Below are positions 47,201 to 59,200 of a DNA stretch of 64,000 bases, piece by piece. A program made the translations under genes and the position numbers. Source of the DNA: Antedon mediterranea. Taxonomy: Eukaryota; Animalia; Echinodermata. The DNA is taken from the NCBI RefSeq assembly GCF_964355755.1, contig NC_092677.1:16266101-16330100 (forward strand), written 5' to 3'. Numbering within the stretch: position 1 is the stretch's first letter; every line of letters starts with the position of its first letter. The notes beneath the pieces are model-generated. The model had not been told where the DNA came from. It worked only from the letters and a program-made list of their open reading frames with translations, and made no database searches.

Positions 47201-50200
47201 TTAATTTTTTTTTTGTATAATACGCCTATTACACGTCTTAATATATTGTAAATGTGTTTTAGGTAAGATCATGGGACTGCTGACTTTTAAAGTTAGTAAT
47301 ATTATTTAGCAGTGGCTGATCAATTTATCTCTGTAACATTGTACATTATACATTACAGTGTGTTGGTCAAATAAATAAATGAAATTGAATCGCTGTGCGG
47401 AAATAATTAAATTAATGATTTCTAATTCGCGGTAAATTTCACTTACATACGCACAGACCGTATCCGGATATTCACCCCCTGGACATTTACCCCCCGGACA
47501 ACTACCCCCCGGACAACCACCACCTGGACCACTACCCTCTTAGGACAACTACCCCTTTAGGACAACTACCCCCCGGACAAATACCCCCCGGACAACTACC
47601 CCCTTAGGACAACAACCCCCTTAGGACAACTACCCCCTGGACAACTACCCCCCGGACAATTACCCCCTAGGAACAATTACCCCCCGGACAATTACCTCCC
47701 GGACAATTACCCCCCGGACAATTACCACCCAGAAAACTATCCCTTTAGAACACCCTAACCACCCAGACCATTCAACAACCTGACTCTGCAACTATTAATT
47801 AATAACTATATTTTAATTCGTTACTTTGACGAATTACTATTCATTATTGTAAACAAAAGTAAAAGATTGAACATAAATATAGCCTGGTGGTATAAACTGA
47901 AGATTGTCACACATGATCATAGGATAGTCGAACGTATTATATAGTACTCCATGTATTTACTGTAAAGACTGGGTTCACTAATAATAATAATAATTTTTGC
48001 GTCAGGACAATGCTTCGATAACCACTGGTCTTAAAAGAATTAATTTTTGTCTCAAATTTGTCATATATGTATTTTTGTACACTTGAAGAATAATATCACT
48101 TTTGATATTTGACCTCAATGTTCACTCACCGAATAAACGTCGATCTTTAAATAAATTCCCCTCAAATAAACGGTGACCATGTCACTCCCATGAAACATCA
48201 TATGGAATAATCGGCGTCTATTTCCATTAGATTATACCCCCTCCCATTGAATAAACAACTTTCTTCCAATAAATGTCCACCTAAAAACCACATAAACAAT
48301 AAACAGCCCAGGCCGTTTTTTCAATAAATACGGTACTTTAAATCTAGCACATCTAGGGTCTAGCGTGCTGTTAAACAGAATAATCGGTTAAAAACGGGTG
48401 TTTCGAAACTAGAGACCCGAGACCAGAGACCAGAGACCCGAGACCCAATACGAAAAGGGAGACCTAAATATACGAAAAGGGAGACCCACGTACGAAAAGG
48501 GAGACCCCACTATACGAAAAGGGAGACCCCACTATACGAAAAGGGAGACCCTAATATACGAAAAGGGAGACCTAAATATACGAAAAGGGAGACCAAATAT
48601 ACGAAAAGGGAGACCCAAATATACGAAATGGGAGACCTAAATATACAAAAAGGGAGACCCACTATAAGAAAAGGGAGACCCCACTATACGAAAAGAGAGA
48701 CCACACTATACGAAAAGGGAGACCCTAATATACGAAAAGGGAGACCCAAATATAGATCTCCCTTTTCGTATTGGGTCTCGTGTCAGGTCTCTGGTCTCCG
48801 GTCTCTAGTTTCGAAACACCCGTTAAAAACAGATGATTTCATTTTTACAGAAACCGGTCCTATATATTTGTCTACTTTTGGATTGGGGGGGGGGGGGGGT
48901 AGTTGACCGGGGGGTAGTTGACCGGGGGGTAGTTGACCGGGGGGTAGTTGACCGGGGGGTAGTTATCCTAAGGGGGTAGTTGTCCTAAGGGGGTGGTTGT
49001 CCGGGGGGTAGTTGTCCGGGGGGTTGTTATCCCAAGGGGGTAATTGTCCTAAGGGGGTAGTTGTCCGGGGGGTAGTTGTCCGGGGGGTAGTTGTCCTAAG
49101 GGGGTAGTTGTCCGGGTGGTAAACATCCGGGGGGTAACTGTCTAGGGGGTAGGTGTCCTAGAACCGCACAGACAACACACTCAACTGCGGTCGTTCAAAG
49201 AGAAAATCAGCAAGCAACAGTTTTAAAGATACGCCGCTACCTATTGAGAAATAGTATTTAGCTACTTCAAAATAAGTGTTTTATGAATATTTGACTTTAT
49301 AATTCAGCATTCACAAATTATATTTTAATTTGCTCAGGGAAGAGTTCAATCATTCTCTGATTTGCCATACTTATAAGGATTAATAATAGATGATTAATAA
49401 CAGTTTGAATTTTCCTAAACTGATGTTCTTGTTTCTAATGTACACTTCTAAAATTACTGCCCTGAAATTGCTTGCATCATGAAACAGATGATGCTCGTTC
49501 TGTAAGCTAGAAATCGTAGGTTCGAATCCCACCGAAGTGTTTCAGATTGTAGTACACGAACCAGTATGCTCGATACAATTATACGACATATTGTTTCAAA
49601 GCGAGTTAAATGTAGTACAACTTGCTTGTTTGTTTATTGATTTGATTCACTTTAATTCTGTCAATAAATGATTCCGAGGCACCCACGGGGCTGCCCGATG
49701 AAGGTTTTACAAGAGGAATACAAAATAACAGTATATACATTACATATGATTTTTAAATATTCAATTGCTAAAAAACATAACCAATTCATTGAAAAATAAA
49801 AACCGCTGAAGGCCGACATGTAATCTAGTACACCGTACGGCATAACAGTATAGGTTAGGTTTACATTACCGCTATCGACGACTGCTTGTATGAGTATAAA
49901 ATGTAAACATAGGCCTATAGACTGTGCAGAAATGTATAGATATTTAAGTAAAATATTTAATTAGAAGAGGTTTACGCAAAAACACCGTTAGCTACATACG
50001 AGACTTATATAAATATGTACCGGACGCTATATAGACATTAGACAGACTTAAATATAATTGTATATTCAAGTCATTTTCTAATCTGACATATGACGATATT
50101 GTATCATATATATGTCTGTATTAAACATTGGTGCCATAGACATATACATATCTAGGGTAAAAAGTACAAAATAACAACAATCAGGACAACTCATTTGTAC

Positions 50201-53200
50201 ATTATTTACAATACATCTGGCTATAGCACAACGTAACACTGGTCCTCCTCCGTACACGTAATGAACCCTGAGTACCAACTTTCTCCGTAATTATGCCGTT
50301 ATATGCATTACTTATATATAAACACGACAGGCATAACAAAAATTCGAAACCGCCCGGTGATATACTGAAAATGTATTTATTAATTTGAAACGATAAGATG
50401 AGGATATCAGATATGTAGATGATACAGTTTTGCTAGCTGAGTCGGAAGAAGATATCTTCAGAGGCTTCTGGATGTGATTGTCAGAGAAAGTGATAGAATG
50501 GGTTTATCCTTAAACAATGCAAGTTGGAGGTGAATAATAAGGGAATCCAACAAGTCCCTTCCTTCAACTATCTTGGCAGCATGATAAACAATGATAATAA
50601 ACTTCATCGGGCAGCCCCGTGGGTGCCTCGGAATCATTTATAGACAGAATTAAAGTGAATCAAATCAATAAACAAACAAGCAAGTTATACTACATTTAAC
50701 TCGCTTTGAAACAATATGTCGTATAATTGTATCGAGCATACTGGTTCGTGTACTACAATCTGAAACACTTCGGCGGGATTCGAACCTACGATTTCTAGCT
50801 TACAGAACGAGCATCATCTGTTTCATGATGCAAGCAATTTCAGGGCAGTAATTTTAGAAGTGTACATTAGAAACAAGAACATCAGTTTAGGAAAATTCAA
50901 ACTGTTATTAATCATCTATTATTAATCCTTATAAGTATGGCAAATCAGAGAAAGATTGAACTCTTCCCTGAGCAAATTAAAATATAATTTGTGAATGCTG
51001 AATTATAAAGTCAAATATTCATAAAACACTTATTTTGAAGTAGTTAAATACTATTTCTCAATAGGTAGCGGCGTATCTTTAAAACTGTTGCTTGCTGATT
51101 TTCTCTTTGAACGACCGCAGGCAAGGTGTACACTGCTAGAGATCAAAAGAAGAATCGTCTTGGCGAAATTTGCTTTTGAAAAGTTGGAGAACATCTTGAG
51201 GAATGTTAATAAGAGTATGTCAACCAGACTGAGATTACTGAACTACTGTGAATATCCTGTCTTGATGTATGGAAGGGAAGCCTGGTCATTAACATCAGAA
51301 TATGGAAAGTATCTAGAGAGCTGTGAAGTGTGGTTTGTTTAGGAGAATGAGCTAATGTGAAAAGGAAAATGATAAAGGAAATGAGGTTAAGGCAGTTAAA
51401 ATTCCTCGGTTTGGAGAACCTATATTAATAACTGGAAAGATAGAAGGAAAGAGGAGCAGGCGTAGAAGACGAGTAATGTGGATGACAAGTGTAATTGAGT
51501 GGTTAACAGAAAATGGTGTAAAACATCAAGGAGTGGAAATGTCAACAAAAGCGAGAAGCAGAAATTGTGGTAGAACATGATCGCCTACGTCCGTGGATAC
51601 GGCACCTATATAGAGAGAGAGAGAAGATGAGAAACATTCGCCCCAATTGATATACTGTATGTATACTTCTATATTAATTGTTCATGCATAACGAAGTGTA
51701 ACTAGTGCCATCACTGTACTAAAGTAGAATCCCTCCTTTGGGGCACCCCTGTTTACAAGGGACACTTTCAGTGAAGCAAAGTTGTACCATTTTAATAAAA
51801 CATCTATTACAATAGTTTTTATATTGTAGTACTTTGGCATGCTTTGCAGAATTGAGGCACAGTTACACACGTAGGGATTATAAATACTAATACAATGACA
51901 TGAATGATTAGTTAGTAGTCGTAGTCAGCCAGAAATTACTAGTTACATAATACATAGTTCACATGAAGTGAATGTTTGGAGCACGACTCGTATTAACATA
52001 TCATCACACTGGTCATTTAAATTAATAGTCTACACACGCACTATGGCTTACTTTAAAATCAATATTATGGATCTGAGTATTGTGGAAATATTATGTTGAA
52101 ACGTCATACTCCATACCTAAAAAAATGACGTTTCCCGTGGATTGACGACAACTCGTTAAGTGTATTTGATTGGCAGGACACGGGTTCTGTGTAACTCTAT
52201 CGAGTATATCTAGGCTACGAAACCAGTAATCACCGCACCACCCATAACGTTAAGTCAGTGGCAAACGGCTTCAACATATTTCGCATTGCGCTAAATTAAA
52301 CACTTGTGTGCTCAGAAATGTGTTCGCTGATTTTGGAATGACAGAATTCTTCCCAAGAAACGTAACCACTTTAACCAAACAGCTGTGACCGACAAGATAC
52401 GATAATAGGCCTACAACTTTACTTGTAAACAAACTTTGGCCAGACGTCAATACACTTTTTTTTATTCTAGAAATTTGAGGGCACTATTCACGAGTGTCAC
52501 TATATCAGTCAAATAGATTGTCAATGTCGTGTAATACGGTTAAATCCTAATTTAAACACAGCGTGTAATCCCTGTATAAACGATCTTTTTAATTGCTGAT
52601 TGTGTCTCCGATAACCCATGTGCCATTCTAGTTCAAAATGTCAATCAGTTTACTTACCACTATTTGAACAATTAACGTAATGTAGGCTGGATGATGGAAT
52701 TTAAAGCACATTTTAAAGATGTTGGGCATAAATATTTGAGAATCGGATACGTTCATTATAGTACTATACAGATCATCGTCACAGTTATGCAAATTTCATT
52801 GCGTAAAATGTCTACAGTAATTATGTAACATGTACTATAGCAACTGGTACTCGCATGGTACAAGAATATTACTCGCGTTACACGAAATCCATGAATAAAG
52901 AAGAAGTAATCGGCAAATCCAATATTTAAAAAAATACATCTGGCAAGTATACGAAAGTAAGACGACATTATTTCTTTCTCAGTCAATGACCGCGGCAGAA
53001 AATCCTGCAAAAACTAAAGTTCCGACGGTACCGTCAATATCGTATCCAACCAAACATCTAAAATACACGTAAAAATGTGATTTAAGAAATAAGGACCAAG
53101 TAGCCTAATGTCTATGTTCTTAGACTAAAGAAATAACATTAGACGGCCGCACGCACGCACACGTTCCTTTTCAATTGGCAGTTTATGTGGTGTTTCTTTT

Positions 53201-56200
53201 AGTGAACTTCATTCTCAAAGATAAATGCATACATATATGCCTATAGCAAAACATTTCCGACTTCAAACCACTTATCTACTCCTTATTTTAACCCACACCA
53301 ACTTAAACAAGGTCATATACATGGCTGCAGTCGCCTGTGCAAATTTGAGTTTACAGACCAACCGACCGACCGGCCAACCGACCGACTTAGTGAGCTATAG
53401 AGTCGCGTGAACACTACAATACATATGTTCTCTTCATTTTGAGTAATCCCAGCGTTTTTTTAGCTCACTATGTCGGTCGGTTGGTCGGTCGGTAAACACT
53501 AACTCAAATTTGCGCACGCGACTAAAAAATCGTTCTCTCAGACAACAACCGCCTTATATTGGAAAGCAATGGCACAGACAAAGAGAACCATTATGGTATA
53601 TTTTTGTCATATCATATTATCGTACAGCATATAGTTTATTGGTATTAGGCCTACTATTACACTAGTCTAGATCGAAGATTATTTTCTTAGAAGAAGATAT
53701 AAAACAAGTAATTCTAAATTACGGCAGGGTAGTTAAATATACACTTCCACACCGAGACGGTTCAACAGTTTTATGCAAACACATGTCGTCAGAAATGTAG
53801 GCCTCTGAAACTTTTACGTCACAAACTACCGTTAAATATATTAAACAAAACATTGTTCTAGATACGTTCCATGAAATGCTATAAATTACGTAATATTTGT
53901 AGCATCGACAAATGTGCTTAACAAACGTCATCGAAATCTTGAGATTGATGGATGATTTTTGATAGTAAATAAGAAATTAGACATCAGCTATGTTACACGG
54001 TCTATTCTCTATTGGAGTTACATCGCGATAAAGAAATCACGCGTAAAGGGTCTTTCACACCTGTTCCGGTCCCGGTACGGTTTCGGTCCGGCAACCGGCA
54101 AATAAAATCGAAGGTCAATGTTTTGTTTTCACGCGACTACGCGTTTATCGATTTTGTTGTTTTCTTCAAGGCCTTCTAAAATGCTGTTGCTAACATATAT
54201 TTATTTCAATTTCTTGCTTTAAAAAAAGATTGTGACTTGGTCACGGTAGAATCGTTTAAGGAAGCACATGGCTTGCATGTGAAAATAATGTCAGAATGTT
54301 AAAATTTATGGTCAGGAATAGGCGTGCATAAGCTTACACTATTACTAGCTAGTCGAATATAATTACGAATAGCCGGGATTGCGACTGTAATAATTAATTA
54401 CTGTACAAGAAAAACAAAACATGTATAAAAAGAATCATCATCTAATAAATCTCCTATCCTTTATATATTTAACCACTTCTTTCATCTTTAACTTTACCTC
54501 CCTGTTCTCCCCGTTCATCATTAACTCCGTCTCACTGTTCCCTCCCCTTATCTTTAAATCCGCCTCACTGTTCTCTTCGTTCATAATTAACTCTGTCTCA
54601 CTGTTCCCTCCCCTCGTTCTAACTCCACCTCACTGTTCCTTCCTTTCATCTTTAATTCCGTTTCACTGTTCCCTCTGTTCATCTTTAACTCCGCCTCACA
54701 ATTCACTTCCTTCATCTTTAACTCCGCCTCACCGTTCCCTCCCATCATCATTAAGTCCGCCTCACTGTTCCCTTCCTTCATATTTAACTCCGCCTCACGG
54801 TGTTCTCCCCTCATCTTCAACACCGCCTCACTGTTCCCTCCCCTCATCTTCAACACCGCCTCACTGTTTCCTCCCTTCATCTTAAACTTCGCCTCACTGT
54901 TTCCTCCCTTCATATTTAACTCCGCCTCACTGTTCCTTCCCTTTATCTTTAACTCCGCCTCATTATTCCCTACCCTCATCTTTAACACCGCCTCACTGTT
55001 CCCTCCCCTCATCTTTAACACCGCCTCACTGTTCCTTCTCTTCATCTTTAACTCCGCCTCACTGTTCCCTCCGTTCATCTTTAACTTCGCCTCACTGTTC
55101 CCTCCATTCATCTTTAACTTCGCCTCACTATTCACTCCCCTCATCTTTAAGTCCGCCTTACTGTTCTTTCACTTTATCTTTAAGTCCGCCTTACTGTTCC
55201 TTCTCTTCATCTTTAACTCCGCCCCGCTGTTCCTTCTCTTCATATTTAACTCCGCCTCACTTTTCCCTCCCCTCATCTTTAATTCCGCCCCACTGTTCTC
55301 CCTTAATCTTTAACTCCGCCTCACTGTTCCCTCCCCTCATCTTAAATTCCGCCCCATGATTCTTTCCCTTAATCTTTAACTCCGCCTCACTGTTCTCACC
55401 GTTCATCTTTAAGTCCGCCTTACTGTTCCCTCCCCCTCCCCTCATCTTAAATTCCGCCCCATGATTCTTTCCCTTCATTTTTAACTCCGCCCCACTGTTC
55501 CTTCTTTTCATCTTTAACTTCGCCTCACTATTCCCTCCCTTCATTTTTAATTCCCCCCTTGACTGTTCCCTCCATTCATCTTTAACATGAATTTTACAAA
55601 AAAAACAAGAAACATTATCTAAATGAATTTTAAAGCAAAAGTAAAAGAAATATTGTTTTGGAATAAACATGGTAAAACAATATTCCCTCGATGGTCAGAT
55701 ACGGTATTATCACGAATATTATAGTATACATAATAAAACTAGACGAAAAAAATGCCAGAAGCGAATAATTATACTTTATGTTCCTATCAAATGCTTTGTA
55801 TATAGCAGAATATGTTAGTGTGTAAGCGATACAACGACATCATTCAAAATGAGTAATTGTGGCCGAAGACATAAATAACATAATAGCTAAATTACAGTAA
55901 AGATAACTTGAATACACTAAAACCAGCATATTATTTCAAACTTAAATGGTCCTTCCTAGTAAACAGAGGATACACCAACAGTGTCATAAAATGTTTAAAT
56001 ACTAGGGTTTCCAATCTAACACAAAATAGTAAATGTAAATTTGCTATGAATTGAATGTACCAGTGAGAATATTTCACGAGTTGCAATATTGACTGGTTTA
56101 TGTAACGCGGAAATGAGATTAGGCCTATATAGTATTGTCCTAAGTAAACTTGTATTCAATTAATCCGCTGCTTCCATATTGAATCATCGCAGAAAGCTAG

Positions 56201-59200
56201 GCCCTTAAAATGCAGCCTTTCGACTTCCTACGCGGAGCCGAACCTACTGTTCTACTGATATAAGAACCTATGATTGCAAGCATAATTACCCTTATTATAT
56301 TAGTCTACTTTCAAATGATCAAACTAAGTAAATAGTGCTTTACTGTGAAGGTAAATATGATGAAAGTATTGTCAAGGTGTTAACGACACACGAGCTGTTT
56401 AAATAGTAGGACTAATGGAGGCCAAAGCATCTAAAAAAAGTGTTGAAGATGAACTTAAATAAAAATTTTAAATAAACCATTTAACCTATAGCACTGTTTG
56501 AGAATGAAGCACAATAATCTTTCAATTTACTGCAGAATTGTATAATTTCACACAGTAGGCTTACAATATAGGTGTTTAACATTAATGGCCAATTTATTTA
56601 CAATTCTTATTTATCTAATAATATAGACTATAGCAATTTTATCTGAATAAAATATGATTAAATCGTAAAATATTCATATAAGATATATTCTACTGACTGT
56701 TAATATTTCATATTATAGTACAGTGACAGTATTATTATCTTTTACATAATTTATTAAGATATGATATAGTTATGACAGGTTTCAGTTAACCTATCCGAAT
56801 CATTTTTATCGTTTGAAAATAAATTAAATACAGTACGATACGACAAAATTACTCACATTGAAGTTTTCTCAATTGATTTATACTGTATTATAATTATACA
56901 CTGTAAACGTATAGTATATTCGCTTCGTGAATAAAAATACTGAAAGATGAGGGCGTATCAATTTGATCTCTGGTGCGCGTGCGTACGATAGAGGGACAAG
57001 TACTGTTCCGCCGTACCACGCCGAGAATGTTAATGAAAGCCCCAGTGGTCTAATGGTTAGGACATCTGCATATCAAGCAGAAGGTTCCGGGTTCGAGTCT
57101 CGGTTGGGCGAGTTTTTCTCATTCTCACAGATTTCCTCATCGTTTCAAATTAATTAATTAAATTTCAGTATATCACCGGGCGGTTTAGAATTAATGTTCT
57201 TCTTGAGAAAGAAAGAAAGAAGATTAAGGATTGGATCAAAGAAAGAGACCAAAAGAAGAAAAAGAAAATCAGCAAATATGACAGAGTTGAAAACAATCCA
57301 TAAAGGAAGCCAAATGCAGCAGATAGTGGAGAGTAAAAGGTTTGATAAAATAACCTGGACTTGGAATGAGTAAAGCAATGTCAAAATAATAGAAATAAGC
57401 AAAGACATATAAAAACGGAGTGTGGACAGATTATTTCACTAACCTTAACAGTAACCCACAAAAGAAGTCAAATGTAGGAGATTGTGAAGAGTGTTAAAGA
57501 TTTGATGAATAACTGGACTATTGCAAGAATAGTTAGGGAATAAAAGCAATCTTAAAACTAACATAAATAAGCAAACAAAAACAAAAATAAAAATGGGGTA
57601 TAGCCAGATGACTTTGATTCATTCTTAATAGTAACCCACGAAAGAAGACAAATGCAGCAGATAGTTAAGGTTCTAAACGATTTGATGAAATAACCTGAAC
57701 TATTGAAAGAGTATTAGGAAATAAAACAATGTAAAAACTAATAGAAATAAGCAAAGAAATATGAACGGAGTATGTGGCAATCGATACTAGTACAACTGCA
57801 TTATCTTATATATTGACCATTTTTTAGTGAGTAAACATTTTTAAAAGCTCGAACGAACAAATGGATGGAATATCAGATCGTGCGTATCGTCCGTACAAGT
57901 AAATTAAATTCCGACTTACGACGTACTTTTACGTACATTATTTAAGTAGACGAGTCACTATATACTTTGATTTATTTGATATTATTGTCCTGACGCTCGA
58001 GTCCAAACTGATACATCAATCTTTATATTGTTTTTCCTCTGGCTATATTTTCCTCCGAATGACACAGTTCTACATATTAGGAATACAAATGCTATTTATT
58101 TTGTTGGCAAACTAAGAAAACGGTTATAAATTGGTTCTTGTTTTTTTGACCGATTAATCCAATAATGGGTATGCATGTTATGTATAGATTCATGGTCTAA
58201 TTTGATCTAGCATTGTAATTATTTATTTATTATTACAAAGCATGGTATAAAACAATTACTGATACTACGACAAACTAAATGTTTTAATTTAACGACCCAT
58301 ATTTTCTGAAAATAGTTGCAATTTCTTTTTTTGTATTTTATATGATTCAAATTTCAGAAAAAAAACCCCTCAAACTGGTGCAAAACAAATACCATGCCCG
58401 TTACACAACTTATTCAACATTCAAAGTAATACTATAGAGTTATGTTTTACATTTTAGCAATAATAACAATCTTACCTGTTAGGGTTTCGTATCTCTTCCG
58501 TCGTCTGAACATAAAACTGCCTATCGATACAAAAAAAAAAATACTAAGAATTATTATCTGGTTGCTGTGTCTTGAGGGTAGTGGGGTAAAGATAAGATAA
58601 GATAAGATAAGATAACTTTTATTGATCCTCTCAAAAAGGAAATTCATTGCTCGTCATAATAACAAAGAAAACACAATAAAAACAAATATAGCATAAAACC
58701 ATTCATATAAAAACATCTAAAAAATTACAAGATAAAATTATCTTCTTGACTTCCTGTTGTACTGGATGATACCGGATAATCAAAATGACCAGAATTTTAC
58801 TGGGAAGATACTTGAATCATCACGGAAAGGTGTTCAGAGGAGACGGAGTATATCTCAAATTGTACTGGGATGTTTTAAACTATAATTTGAAAACCGTCAT
58901 GGAAGGGGTTATGGAGTAATTAGAAATCAAGATACTCGGGAAAAATAATGGGTATTTTTTTAGTGTATCATAACATTTGATCTATCTTTAAAAAGAGGCA
59001 TGTCACTTACTGTTTTCTTTTTCATTTTAGGAATTTACATATGAAATGTGGACCTCGATTGGCAGAGTTCATACCGAGAACCAGGAGATAAATGTGCGCA
59101 TGCGCATTGACTTACTCGTTACGGTACAGGTTTGATTGTCACAAACTGAAAATCTCGCTTTTATAACGTAGAAGAGAATTGATATCACGCATTATCAATT

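Noticed and set aside
48628-48906. 92-aa ORF
   Set aside because: Lies within the tandem array of the nested MULE-like element.
54421-55670. ORFs of 137-185 aa with 11-aa periodicity
   Set aside because: By-products of a 33-bp minisatellite. They are open on both strands, broken by stops and indels, and lack splice context.
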